DNA of 64,000 nt from an uncultured Bacillota bacterium (GTDB lineage: Bacteria > Bacillota_I > Bacilli_A > RFN20 > CAG-288), in NCBI GenBank assembly GCA_949300365.1, contig CASGEC010000001.1, positions 249,980-313,979 on the forward strand, written 5' to 3'. Made by a program: the position numbers and the translations under genes. The notes below the pieces were generated by a model. It was not told the origin of the DNA, made no database searches, and was given only the letters and a program-made list of their open reading frames with translations. Position 1 is the stretch's first letter. Every line of letters starts with the position of its first letter. This document shows positions 46,549 to 55,801 of this stretch, piece by piece.

Positions 46549-47858
46549 TCGGCGCCCCCTCGACGGGAAAGTCGACGCTCTTCAACCGCCTCACGGATAC
46601 CCGCAAGGAGATCACCGGAAGGCAATACGGCATCACGAGGGATCGGAACTACGGGACGGGACACTGGCTGGACAAGAACTTCACCATCATCGACACGGGT
46701 GGCATCACCGGCGAGAACATCCCCTTCCAGAGGGAGGTCCAGAACCAGGTCGATCTCGGCATCCAGGAAGCCGATGCCATCCTTTTTGTCGTCGACGGCA
46801 GGGCGGGCCTGACCAATTCCGATATCTTCGTCGCCAAAAAACTGCGCCCCTATAAGGACAAGGTGTTCCTCGTGGTCAACAAAATCGACGACAATACCCT
46901 TTTGGGCGATACCTACGAGTTCTTCCGCCTCGGCTTCGGGCATCCCTATGCCATCTCTTCCGAACATGGTCTGGGTCTTGGCGATCTTCTTGACGAAGTC
47001 ATCAAGAAACTCCCCAAAAAGGAGGAGGATCCCTACAAGGATGCCTTGACCTTCGCCCTTCTGGGAAGGCCGAACGTCGGAAAGTCCTCCTTGGCCAACA
47101 AGATCCTCGGCTATGATCGGGTCATCGTCAGCCCCGTCAGCGGAACGACAAGGGATTCGGTCGACATCCAGTTCACAAAGGACGGGAAGAAGTACGTCAT
47201 GGTCGACACGGCCGGCATCAAACGGCCCGGAAAGGTCGAGGAGGATCTGGACAAGTTTGCCGTCGTCCGCTCCGCCGATGCGGCAAGGAGAGCCGATATC
47301 TGCCTCCTTCTCATCGATGCCCAGGAAGGCCTCGTCAGTCAGGACATCCATGTCTCCGGCTATGCCATGGACTACAACAAGCCCATCATCATCGTCGTCA
47401 ACAAGTGGGATCTCCACAGCCACAACATGGACGACCAGCAGAAGTTTGCCGCCGAGGTCCGCGCCTACTTCAAGTTTGCAAGCTATGCCCCGATCGTCTT
47501 CTGCTCGGCAAAGACGGGAAGCAACGTCAAGAACATCTTCCGCGAGCTCGACCATGTCAACGAGACCATCCACAAGAAGGTGCCTTCAAGCCTTCTTAAT
47601 TCCCTGATCATGAAGGCACAATTGGATAACGAGGCTCCCGACTTCAACGGCGGAAGACTCAGGATTTCCTATTGCACCCAGAGCGATGATGTCCCGCCGA
47701 CCTTCGTCCTCTTTGTCAACAACCCGAACTACTTCCACTTCTCCTATCGGCGGTATCTTGAGAATGCCATCCGCAAGGAATTCGGCTTCGACTGCTGTCC
47801 CATCAATCTTCTCGTCCGCAGCAAGAGGGCCTATGACCTCATGGAGAAACGAAAATGA
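46521..47858 (+). CDS. der: Ribosome-associated GTPase Der (EngA), two G-domains plus KH-like domain
   Basis: GAPSTGKSTLFN and GRPNVGKSSLAN P-loops, DTGG and DTAG motifs. Confidence 0.95.
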   Translation: MERYGTVALIGAPSTGKSTLFNRLTDTRKEITGRQYGITRDRNYGTGHWLDKNFTIIDTGGITGENIPFQREVQNQVDLGIQEADAILFVVDGRAGLTNSDIFVAKKLRPYKDKVFLVVNKIDDNTLLGDTYEFFRLGFGHPYAISSEHGLGLGDLLDEVIKKLPKKEEDPYKDALTFALLGRPNVGKSSLANKILGYDRVIVSPVSGTTRDSVDIQFTKDGKKYVMVDTAGIKRPGKVEEDLDKFAVVRSADAARRADICLLLIDAQEGLVSQDIHVSGYAMDYNKPIIIVVNKWDLHSHNMDDQQKFAAEVRAYFKFASYAPIVFCSAKTGSNVKNIFRELDHVNETIHKKVPSSLLNSLIMKAQLDNEAPDFNGGRLRISYCTQSDDVPPTFVLFVNNPNYFHFSYRRYLENAIRKEFGFDCCPINLLVRSKRAYDLMEKRK

Positions 47859-48853
47859 AAATCACGGTCTTGGGAGCCGGGGCGTGGGGAACGGCCGTCG
47901 GAAGGCTCTTCGCGCTCCATGGCGATGATGTCGTCTTCTATGGTCTTGAGAAGGAACCGGAAAGCATCAACACGGAACATGTCAACAAGGCCTTCTTTCC
48001 CGATGTCCTCTTGCCTTTGAACGCCTCCTATACCAGGGATCTGGATTTGGCCTTGGCGGGAAGCGATGTCCTTGTCTTTGCCATCCCATCCAAGGCCTAT
48101 CGAAGCGTCGCAAAGCTTGTCCTTGAAAAACTTCCTTCCACAAAGAAGGTCCATGTCCTCTCCCTTGCCAAGGGCTTTGACCCCGAGACGCATGAACGGC
48201 TCTCCCTTGTCCTGAGGGAAGTCCTTCCGGAGACAAAAAGGCATGAGATCGTCTCCCTTCTGGGCCCCTCCTATGCCGAGGAAGTGATCCACGACCAATG
48301 GACGTGTCTCAGTGCAATCAGTCCGGACGTGACGGAGGCTCGTCTTTTCCAGAAGATGCTCTCAAGCCCTTCCTTCCGCGTCTATACCAATACCGATGAG
48401 GTCGGCTCGGAAATCGCCGCTGCCCTGAAGAACGTCATCGCCATCGCTGCCGGAATCGTCGAAGGCTTGGGAGGTGGCGTCAATGCCAGGGCTGCCCTTG
48501 TCACAAGGGGAAACGCCGAGATCCTGCGCTTTGGCATCCAAAACGGTGCCCGGATGGAAACCTTCCTCGGGCTCTCGGGAATCGGTGACCTGATGCTGAC
48601 CTGCAACTCGATGAAGTCGAGAAACTTCTCCCTCGGATATGAGATCGGAAAGGCAAACGATGCCCGGAAGGTCCTTGAAAACAACAGCAAGACCGTGGAA
48701 GGCGTCTATACCTCCAAATACGTGACGGAGATGGCGGCGTCGATGCATGTGGAGATGCCTATCTGCAAGGCTGTCTATGAAGTCCTCTTCCTGGGAAGGA
48801 AACCTTCCGAGAAGGTCGACGAGCTGATGCTACGGGAACTCAAGAGCGAATAG
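47855..48853 (+). CDS. gpsA: NAD(P)H-dependent glycerol-3-phosphate dehydrogenase
   Basis: ITVLGAGAWGTA, LKNVIAIAAG and GDLMLTC motifs. ATGA overlap with der. Confidence 0.95.
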   Translation: MKITVLGAGAWGTAVGRLFALHGDDVVFYGLEKEPESINTEHVNKAFFPDVLLPLNASYTRDLDLALAGSDVLVFAIPSKAYRSVAKLVLEKLPSTKKVHVLSLAKGFDPETHERLSLVLREVLPETKRHEIVSLLGPSYAEEVIHDQWTCLSAISPDVTEARLFQKMLSSPSFRVYTNTDEVGSEIAAALKNVIAIAAGIVEGLGGGVNARAALVTRGNAEILRFGIQNGARMETFLGLSGIGDLMLTCNSMKSRNFSLGYEIGKANDARKVLENNSKTVEGVYTSKYVTEMAASMHVEMPICKAVYEVLFLGRKPSEKVDELMLRELKSE

Positions 48854-48878
48854 TCTCTCTTCCGATATTGGATGTCGT

Positions 48879-48904
48879 GGCCTTCCTTGGAAGGCCCTTT
48901 TCTT
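48879..48904 (+). terminator. Terminator after gpsA
   Basis: ggccttc-cttg-gaaggcc followed by cttttctt. Confidence 0.7.
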
Positions 48905-48909
48905 GATTG

Positions 48910-48938
48910 AAAAAGGGCCTCCGGGGGTCCGAAAGCCC
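48910..48938 (-). terminator. Terminator after the alcohol dehydrogenase gene
   Basis: Minus strand gggctttcgg-accc-ccggaggccc (2 G-U pairs) followed by ttttt. Confidence 0.6.
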
Positions 48939-48961
48939 ATTGGCAATAAGGATAGGGAAGA

Positions 48962-50107
48962 CTACATGACCTTGCGGAAGAGCTCGGTCAAGGATTCGAT
49001 GGTGACGTCCCTGGGGTTTCCGGGCGTGCAGGCATCGTTGAGGGCAGAGGTGGCAAGGAAAGGAAGGTCCTCTTCCTTGATGGCGGCAAGCTTAGTGGGG
49101 ATACCGACATCCTGGCTGAGTTTCCTGACGGCAGAGATAGCGGCCTTGCGGTATTCTTCCTTTGTCATCTTCTCGACGCCTTCGACACCCATGGCGATTG
49201 CGATGTTCTTGAAGCGCTCGCCCGTGTATTCCTGGTTGTACTCCATGACGATCGGAAGCATCATCGCGCAGGCGACACCATGGGGCGTGTCATAGACGGC
49301 TCCGAGGGTGTGGGCCATGGAGTGGGCGATGCCAAGGCCGACGTTGGAGAAGCCCATGCCGGCGATATATTGGGCCAAGGCCATGCCTTCGCGTCCTTCG
49401 GGTGTGTTTTCATAGGCGCCGCGGAGGTTCTTGGAGATGAGCTCGATCGCCTTGAGGTGGAACATGTCCGTCATCGCCCAGGCCGCCTTTGTCGTATAGC
49501 CTTCGATGGCGTGGGTGAGGGCATCCATGCCCGTTGCAGCCGTCAAGGACTTGGGCATGGTCGACATCATGTCGGGATCGATGATGGCAAGGACGGGAAT
49601 GTCGTGGGGATCGACGCAGACGAACTTCCTCTTCCTTTCCACGTCGGTGATGACATAGTTGATGGTGACTTCGGCTGCCGTTCCGGCCGTCGTCGGGATG
49701 GCGATGATCGGGGTGCAGGGCTTCTTCGTCAGGATCGCACCCTCCAGGCTTCTGACGTCCTCGTGCTCGGGGTTTTCGATGATGATGCCGATTGCCTTTG
49801 CCGTGTCCATCGAGCTACCGCCGCCGATGGCGATGATGTAGTCGGCGCCAGACTTCCGGAAAGCCTCGACGCCGTTATTGACGTTCTCGATGGTAGGATT
49901 GGGCTTGATCTCGGAATAGAGCTCATAGGGAAGGTTCTCCCTGTCGAGGACGTCGGTGACCTTCTTGGTGACCTGGAAGCGGATGAGGTCGGGATCGGAA
50001 CAGACAAGGGCCTTGGTAAAGCCGTGCGCCCGGACTTCCGCGGGCAGGCATTCGATGGCTCCCTTGCCGTGGTAGGAGGTTTCGTTGAGAATGATTCTGT
50101 TGGCCAT
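48962..50107 (-). CDS. Iron-containing alcohol dehydrogenase (FucO/lactaldehyde reductase-like)
   Basis: The N-terminus MANRIILNETSYHGKGA parallels E. coli FucO MANRMILNETAWFGRGA. GGGSSMDTAK and metal-binding His residues (HAIE, AHSMAH) are present. Confidence 0.85.
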   Translation of the reverse strand: MANRIILNETSYHGKGAIECLPAEVRAHGFTKALVCSDPDLIRFQVTKKVTDVLDRENLPYELYSEIKPNPTIENVNNGVEAFRKSGADYIIAIGGGSSMDTAKAIGIIIENPEHEDVRSLEGAILTKKPCTPIIAIPTTAGTAAEVTINYVITDVERKRKFVCVDPHDIPVLAIIDPDMMSTMPKSLTAATGMDALTHAIEGYTTKAAWAMTDMFHLKAIELISKNLRGAYENTPEGREGMALAQYIAGMGFSNVGLGIAHSMAHTLGAVYDTPHGVACAMMLPIVMEYNQEYTGERFKNIAIAMGVEGVEKMTKEEYRKAAISAVRKLSQDVGIPTKLAAIKEEDLPFLATSALNDACTPGNPRDVTIESLTELFRKVM

Positions 50108-50134
50108 GGGAATCTCCTTTCATGGAATCACTTG

Positions 50135-50163
50135 ATTTTAGCAAGGGATGCTTTCTTATGTAA
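50135..50163 (-). promoter_or_regulatory. Candidate promoter TTACAT-17-TGcTAAAAT for the alcohol dehydrogenase gene
   Basis: Minus strand ttacat aagaaagcatcccttgc taaaat, about 28 nt upstream of the ATG. Confidence 0.5.
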
Positions 50164-50395
50164 CCGCTTGCAAACGATTGAAGGCGAAGACGGAAGAAGC
50201 ACCAAAAAGAGGTGGGAAAGCAATCAGGAAAGTGCAGAAACAATCATCGGTGCCTTCCTATGACACCCTAAATAGATAAAGGAAGGGGGACAGTTCCTGT
50301 CTCTTGAAGAGGGCTAAATGGGTTGTCCAAATTCCTATAAAGTCCCGGATTCATGCCGAATTCCTCTCATTATTTAAACTTTCCGGTGCGGAATG

Positions 50396-50424
50396 TTGAT
50401 TTCGTTTGAAATACCTGCTATATT
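50396..50424 (+). promoter_or_regulatory. hup promoter TTGATT-17-TATATT
   Basis: ttgatt at 50396-50401 and tatatt at 50419-50424. Confidence 0.55.
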
Positions 50425-50448
50425 CAAGCCAGAAAGGCAGGTAGAAGT

Positions 50449-50754
50449 ATGGCAGAAACAAAGCCTATCACGAAGGACGATCTCGCTGAACAGCTGGCGA
50501 AGGATGGCAGAATGCAGAAGGGTGAAGCCCTCCGCGCTGTCGAACTGATCTTCGCCGCCATTGCGAAAGGACTTGTGGATCCGGACTTCGGTTCCGTCAA
50601 GGTCGCCGGATTCGGAACGTTCCAGCTTGTCGAGCGTCCCGGAAGAGAGGGCGTCAATCCTTCCAATCCTGGCCAGAAGATCCAGATTCCTCCGAGCAAG
50701 GCCGTCAAGTTCAAGGCCTCCAAGACCCTGAAGGATCTTCTCAACGACAGGTAA
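50449..50754 (+). CDS. hup: Histone-like DNA-binding protein HU
   Basis: GFGTFQLVERPGREGVNPSNPGQKIQIPPSKAVKFKASKTLKD is a typical HU arm. Confidence 0.93.
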   Translation: MAETKPITKDDLAEQLAKDGRMQKGEALRAVELIFAAIAKGLVDPDFGSVKVAGFGTFQLVERPGREGVNPSNPGQKIQIPPSKAVKFKASKTLKDLLNDR

Positions 50755-50760
50755 GACTGT

Positions 50761-50792
50761 CCGCCGTCTCTTCCATTGGAGGCGGCTTTTTT
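50761..50792 (+). terminator. Terminator after hup
   Basis: ccgcc...ggcgg stem (an inner ctc/gag extension is possible) followed by ctttttt. Confidence 0.6.
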
Positions 50793-50793
50793 C

Positions 50794-51513
50794 ATGAAAG
50801 CGACCTTATCCAAAAAGCAGATGGAGGTCTTTTCCCTTCTCCAGGAAAAGCTCGGCAAGGAGAACGTCTTCCTTGTCGGAAGTTGCCTGAGGGATGCCCT
50901 CATGGGAAAGGAAAACCTCGACATGGATTTTGCTGTCCGCAACGATCCCAAGAGCGTCGCTGCGACCTTTCCCTACGGGCTTTTCTACGAAAAGTACGGG
51001 ACCGTCTCTTTCCATCTTGGCGCCATCAAGGTGACGATCGCGACCTTTAGGAAGGAAAGAAGCTATCTTGACCACAGGCATCCCAGCGAGGTCCTCTTCG
51101 TCAAGAGCCTCTATGAGGACTACAAGAGGCGCGACTATACCTGCGATGCCCTTTATGCGGACTGGTCCTTGGATGTCCGTGATCCGACCAAGAGGGGCCT
51201 GCGCGATATCCGGAAGAAGAAGCTCCGCATGGTCGGAAATCCCTACAAAAGGCTTGAAGAGGATCCTCTGCGGATCTTGAGAGCCTATCGTTTCCAGGAA
51301 GAAATCGGCTTCCACTTCTCAAGGCGACTTTCCAAGGCCATCCAAAAGCGGAAGAAAGGACTCCTTGAGCTCAATCCCGAAAAGGTGCGGCAGGAAGTCT
51401 TCCGTCTCTCCCCGGAGGGACAGGAACTTGCTATCGAGAAGCTGGGAATAGAATCCCTCTTCCCGGAGAAAAATGAAAGCAGGACGGCAGAAGAAACAAA
51501 GGAGGCGAAGTGA
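50794..51513 (+). CDS. Short tRNA nucleotidyltransferase / poly(A) polymerase-family protein (head and neck domains only, 239 aa)
   Basis: VGSCLRDALMGKENLDMDFAV (G-[SG]-x-[VL]-RD...DxD), RRDYTCDALY and DPLRILRAYRF motifs. The ATG at 50794 was chosen over the track start at 50776. Confidence 0.7.
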   Translation: MKATLSKKQMEVFSLLQEKLGKENVFLVGSCLRDALMGKENLDMDFAVRNDPKSVAATFPYGLFYEKYGTVSFHLGAIKVTIATFRKERSYLDHRHPSEVLFVKSLYEDYKRRDYTCDALYADWSLDVRDPTKRGLRDIRKKKLRMVGNPYKRLEEDPLRILRAYRFQEEIGFHFSRRLSKAIQKRKKGLLELNPEKVRQEVFRLSPEGQELAIEKLGIESLFPEKNESRTAEETKEAK

Positions 51514-51514
51514 T

Positions 51515-52165
51515 ATGAACATCGACTACAACGACCTTTCCTTCCCCAACGCCATCGTCAAGAAATACACGGCCTATGGCCTAGACGAGATGGACTGCAT
51601 GGTCCTTCTTGTCTCCGACAATCTTCTGAGGATCGAGAAGACCCTTTTGACGTGCGATATCCTCTCCTCCTACATGAAGGCCAAGAAGGAAGACATCGAC
51701 ACGGCCCTCTCCCACCTCCTTTCCAAGAAGATCATCGAAATCGTCGACGGGGGAAAGGATGGCCTCTATAGTTCCCTGGAGAACTTCAAGAAGCGCCTCT
51801 TTGCCGATATCCTCAAGGATTTTGCCTTGGAGCAGAAGGACAAGGCCGTCCATGAAGGGGAAGAGAATATCTACTCCGAATTGGAGCAGCTTTGTGGCCA
51901 TACCCTCTCTCCGATCGAAAGGGACATGGTGACGAAATGGCTCCGGGAAGGGGCAGACGAAGGAATGGTAAGGGAAGCCTGCCAAAGAAGCCTTACAAAG
52001 AGCGGCAACATCTCCTTCAAGACGGCCGACAAGCTTGTCCTGGAGATGGAAAGAAGCGAGGGGCGGAAGAAGATCGGCGTCTCTACGGTGGACGAGGATA
52101 CCAGGAAGAAGAAGGAAATCCGCGACATCATCCTCAACACGGACTGGACCATCGATGACGACTGA
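51515..52165 (+). CDS. dnaD: DnaD-domain replication initiation/remodelling protein
   Basis: N-terminal wHTH-like region and a C-terminal DnaD repeat (LSPIERDMVTKWLREG...ISFKTADKLVLEM). It is followed by nth, as dnaD is in B. subtilis. ATG at 51515 after a GGAGG SD. Confidence 0.8.
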   Translation: MNIDYNDLSFPNAIVKKYTAYGLDEMDCMVLLVSDNLLRIEKTLLTCDILSSYMKAKKEDIDTALSHLLSKKIIEIVDGGKDGLYSSLENFKKRLFADILKDFALEQKDKAVHEGEENIYSELEQLCGHTLSPIERDMVTKWLREGADEGMVREACQRSLTKSGNISFKTADKLVLEMERSEGRKKIGVSTVDEDTRKKKEIRDIILNTDWTIDDD

Positions 52166-52805
52166 GACGCTGGAAAGGATCCTCTCCGTCCTGGACGGAC
52201 TTTACCCCAGGACGGAATGCTTCCTCCACCACACGAAGGACTACGAGCTGCTTTTTGCCGTCATCCTTTCCGCACAGGCGACGGACGTCAGCGTCAACAG
52301 GGTGACGGAAACGCTCTTTCAGCATTACCCAAGCCTTGAAAGCTTTGGAAAGGCAACGGTAGAAGACATCCAGAAGGAAATCAAAAGCATCGGCCTCTCC
52401 AAGGCCAAGAGCGAGTATCTCGTCAAGACGGCAAGAATCCTTCTTGCGGAATATGGCGGTGTTCTCCCCAAGGACAGGGAGAAGCTGATGACCCTTCCGG
52501 GGGTCGGCTTCAAGACGTCCGGCGTCGTCCTTGCCGAGCTTTATGACGATCCCTATCTTCCTGTCGATACCCACGTCAAAAGAGTGGTCTCACGGCTTGG
52601 CATCGTCAGCGAGAAACTGACGCCGGAAGAGACCGAGCTTGCCTTGGAGAAGAAGATCCATAAGGACCACATCATCCAGATCCATCGCCGGTTTATCCTT
52701 TTTGGCCGCAACGTCTGCCTTGCAAGAAATCCGCGGTGCGAGAACTGCCCGCTTAACGATTGCTGTCGTTATCGAAAAAAGAACTCCGATAGCAAAAAAG
52801 GATAA
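52155..52805 (+). CDS. nth: Endonuclease III
   Basis: HhH-GPD (LMTLPGVGFKTSGVVL...VDTHV) and a C-terminal 4Fe-4S cluster C-x6-C-x2-C-x5-C (CLARNPRCENCPLNDCC). ATG at 52155. Confidence 0.93.
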   Translation: MTTETLERILSVLDGLYPRTECFLHHTKDYELLFAVILSAQATDVSVNRVTETLFQHYPSLESFGKATVEDIQKEIKSIGLSKAKSEYLVKTARILLAEYGGVLPKDREKLMTLPGVGFKTSGVVLAELYDDPYLPVDTHVKRVVSRLGIVSEKLTPEETELALEKKIHKDHIIQIHRRFILFGRNVCLARNPRCENCPLNDCCRYRKKNSDSKKG

Positions 52806-53034
52806 TCCGGTAAGACAAAATCCAGTTATCAATTTCATTGAAGTCAGCGGAATTGATAGCAAGTCGATAACCTTCCAAAAGGGCATTGTTGATATTCTGT
52901 TTCCGAGAAAGGCATTTTCTTTCCTTATCTCACCTTTTCTTTTGGCTTTGCCACTTAAAAAAGAAGGAACGACAGGGCCGGACACGAGAGTGGGGGTGTA
53001 AGGGCAAGAAGACAAGAATGTGCCTTGGTCGAGA

Positions 53035-53070
53035 TCCAAAAGAAAATGGCATGGGGGAAACCATGCCATT
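53035..53070 (-). terminator. Terminator after clpB
   Basis: Minus strand aatggcatgg-tttccc-ccatgccatt followed by ttcttttgg. Confidence 0.75.
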
Positions 53071-53100
53071 TCATGAATCGAAAAGGGAGGAATACTGGAA

Positions 53101-55659
53101 TCAGGCGGTGAACTTCAATCCGTCCGCATCCGCCGTCAGGTGGATCTTCTTCTGGAACTTTCCTTCCAGGAGCTCGGTGGCAAGAGGGGTCTCGACGTTG
53201 TTCTGGATGTAACGTCTTAGAGGCCTGGCACCATAGATACGGTCATAGCCATGCTTGTGGATGTAGGATACGGCCTTGTCGTCATAGTCGAATTCGATCT
53301 CGCGCTGCTCAAGACGCTGCTTGAGAAGATTGAGGAACTTCTCGACGATCTTGTCGACGACTTCCTCGCCGAGCGAATTGAAGAGAACGATCTCGTCGAT
53401 CCTGTTGAGGAATTCCGGACGGAAGGAATGCTTGAGCAGATCCATCACTTTCTTCCTATTTTCCGGCGTGTTGCCGTCGAGGAGGAATTCCGAGCCGAGG
53501 TTGGAGGTCATGATGATGATGGTATTGGTGAAGTCGACCGTCCTTCCCTGACCATCGGTCAACCTTCCGTCATCGAGAACCTGGAGGAGGACATTGAAGA
53601 CATCGGGATGAGCCTTCTCGATCTCGTCGAAGAGGACGATGGAATAGGGCTTCCGACGGACGGCCTCGGTCAACTGACCGCCTTCCTCGTATCCGACATA
53701 GCCCGGAGCGGCGCCGATAAGACGGCTGACGGACTCCTTTTCCATGTATTCAGACATATCGATGCGGACGATCTGCTTCTCCGAATCGAAGAGCTGCTCG
53801 GCAAGGGCCTTTGCGACTTCCGTCTTTCCGACACCGGTCGGTCCAAGGAAGAGGAAGCTTCCAATAGGCCTGTTCTGGTCGGAGAGACCGGCCCTGTTGC
53901 GGAGGATGGAGCTTGTGATCTGGGTGAGGGCCTCATCCTGGCCGATGACCCTTTTGGCGAGCTCGGACTTCATGGAGAGGAGCTTGTTGGATTCGCTCTG
54001 GGTCAGTTTGCTGACCGGGATTCCCGTCCAGCCGGAGACAACCTCGGCGACGGACTCATCGTTGACCTCGTCGGAGAGAAGCTTTCCCTTGCTGACTTCC
54101 TGGGAAGCCTTCTTCAGCTCTTCCCGCAGCGTCGGAATCTCCTCGTTCTGGATGCGGGCTGCCTTCAGGTAGTCGGCATCCGACATGGCCTTTTCGAGGT
54201 TGAGCTTGGCGATGTCAAGCTTCTGCTTGATCTTTTTCTGCTTCTCGCTTTCGGCCTTCTCCGCCTTCCACTGGGCCGTCAGGGCATCCTTCTTGGACTG
54301 GAGTTCGGCAATATCCTTCTCCATGTCCGCAAGACGTTTCCTGGCGGCATCGCTTTCGTCGTTCTTCAGGGAGACCTTCTCGATCTGCAACTGCATGAGC
54401 TTCCGGCTGACCTCATCGAGTTCTTCCGGCATGGTGTCGATCTGCATACGGACCTTGGCACAGGCCTCGTCGATCAGGTCGATGGCCTTGTCCGGAAGGA
54501 AGCGGTCGGTGATATAGCGTTTGGAGAGGGTGACGGCCGCGATGATGGCATCATCGGTGATCTCGACGCCGTGATGCTGCTCGTAGCGATCCTTGATACC
54601 GCGGAGAATGGCGATGGTATCCTCGACCGTCGGTTCGTCGATGAGGACCTTCTGCATTCTTCTGGCAAAGGCAGCATCCTTCTCGATGTACTTCCGATAT
54701 TCGTCAAGCGTCGTTGCACCGATGCAGTGAAGTTCGCCGCGGGCCAGCATCGGCTTGAGGATGTTGGCGGCATCCAAAGAGGATTCTCCGCCGGCACCGG
54801 CACCGATGATCGTATGGATCTCATCGATGAAGAGAATGATACGGCCTTCGCTCTTGACGACCTCCTTCATGACGGCCTTGAGCCTTTCCTCGAACTCGCC
54901 GCGGTATTTCGCACCGGCGATAAGGCTTCCAACATCCAGCTCCCAAATCGTCTTGTCCTTGAGCGTCTCCGGGACATCGCCCTTGAAGATACGCCAGGCA
55001 AGGCCTTCGACGACGGCTGTCTTGCCAACGCCCGGATCGCCGATGAGGACAGGGTTGTTCTTGCTCTTGCGGGAGAGGATCTCCATCACCCTTCTTATCT
55101 CGTTGTCACGGCCGATGACAGGATCGATCTTTCCGGAAGCGACTTCGCTGACAAGGTCGCGTCCGTATTTCCTCAAGGCCTCCTGCTGGGTCTCCGGCGT
55201 GTCACTGGTGACGTGGTTTCCGCCGCGGATCTGGGTGATGGCCTTCTCGAAGGATTTCCGGTCGTAGTTAGGAATCTCGCTCAGCTTCTGGATAAGGGAA
55301 TGACGGCAGGAAAACTGGGCGAGAAGCAAGTGCTCGACGGAAAGGTATTCATCCTGCATTTCCTTCTCGTATTTCGTTGCGGTATAGAGAATGTTCTTGA
55401 CGTCGGCGGAGGAATCCGGCTCCGAAGTGGATGTCGTCTTCGCCGTCTGGGAAATGAAGCTGTCGATCAATTGGCTGACAGCCTTCGGATCGATGTCCAG
55501 CTTCTTGAGGATGTTGACATAGAAGGAATCCTCCTGATCGAAGAGGGCCCTTAAGAGTTCCGGAACGTCAAAGCACGGAAGGGACTTGTCCTTCGTGATG
55601 GCGACGCCGGCATTGATGGCCTCAATCACCTTTCTTGTATATTTCTGTTCTTCTGCCAT
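53101..55659 (-). CDS. clpB: Disaggregase chaperone ClpB
   Basis: Two AAA+ modules (GDPGVGKT, GPTGVGKTE) with a long middle coiled-coil. The ATG at 55659 follows a GGAGG SD; the TTG at 55689 was rejected. Confidence 0.95.
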   Translation of the reverse strand: MAEEQKYTRKVIEAINAGVAITKDKSLPCFDVPELLRALFDQEDSFYVNILKKLDIDPKAVSQLIDSFISQTAKTTSTSEPDSSADVKNILYTATKYEKEMQDEYLSVEHLLLAQFSCRHSLIQKLSEIPNYDRKSFEKAITQIRGGNHVTSDTPETQQEALRKYGRDLVSEVASGKIDPVIGRDNEIRRVMEILSRKSKNNPVLIGDPGVGKTAVVEGLAWRIFKGDVPETLKDKTIWELDVGSLIAGAKYRGEFEERLKAVMKEVVKSEGRIILFIDEIHTIIGAGAGGESSLDAANILKPMLARGELHCIGATTLDEYRKYIEKDAAFARRMQKVLIDEPTVEDTIAILRGIKDRYEQHHGVEITDDAIIAAVTLSKRYITDRFLPDKAIDLIDEACAKVRMQIDTMPEELDEVSRKLMQLQIEKVSLKNDESDAARKRLADMEKDIAELQSKKDALTAQWKAEKAESEKQKKIKQKLDIAKLNLEKAMSDADYLKAARIQNEEIPTLREELKKASQEVSKGKLLSDEVNDESVAEVVSGWTGIPVSKLTQSESNKLLSMKSELAKRVIGQDEALTQITSSILRNRAGLSDQNRPIGSFLFLGPTGVGKTEVAKALAEQLFDSEKQIVRIDMSEYMEKESVSRLIGAAPGYVGYEEGGQLTEAVRRKPYSIVLFDEIEKAHPDVFNVLLQVLDDGRLTDGQGRTVDFTNTIIIMTSNLGSEFLLDGNTPENRKKVMDLLKHSFRPEFLNRIDEIVLFNSLGEEVVDKIVEKFLNLLKQRLEQREIEFDYDDKAVSYIHKHGYDRIYGARPLRRYIQNNVETPLATELLEGKFQKKIHLTADADGLKFTA

Positions 55660-55693
55660 GGTTTCGCCTCCTGTTTTTTCTTTCTGCAAGGAT

Positions 55694-55721
55694 ATTATAC
55701 CCGCAAAATTAGCACTTTCAA
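55694..55721 (-). promoter_or_regulatory. clpB promoter TTGAAA-16-TATAAT
   Basis: Minus strand ttgaaa gtgctaattttgcggg tataat. The -35 lies inside the CIRCE element. Confidence 0.65.
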
Positions 55722-55735
55722 GGTGAGAGTGCTAA
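55709..55735. promoter_or_regulatory. CIRCE operator (HrcA binding site)
   Basis: TTAGCACTT-N9-GAGTGCTAA, a 17/18 match to the consensus TTAGCACTC-N9-GAGTGCTAA. Confidence 0.85.
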
Positions 55736-55801
55736 AAATCCGCTCTTCCCTTCTATCCACCGCCCGTTTCCCCTATAATAAAAGGAAAAAAGGAGATCGA
55801 C

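Noticed and set aside
52590-53212. ORFs 52590-53069 (minus) and 52886-53212 (plus) in the nth/clpB convergent gap.
   Set aside because: They overlap nth or clpB and span the clpB terminator hairpin. They have no SD, and their composition is atypical.
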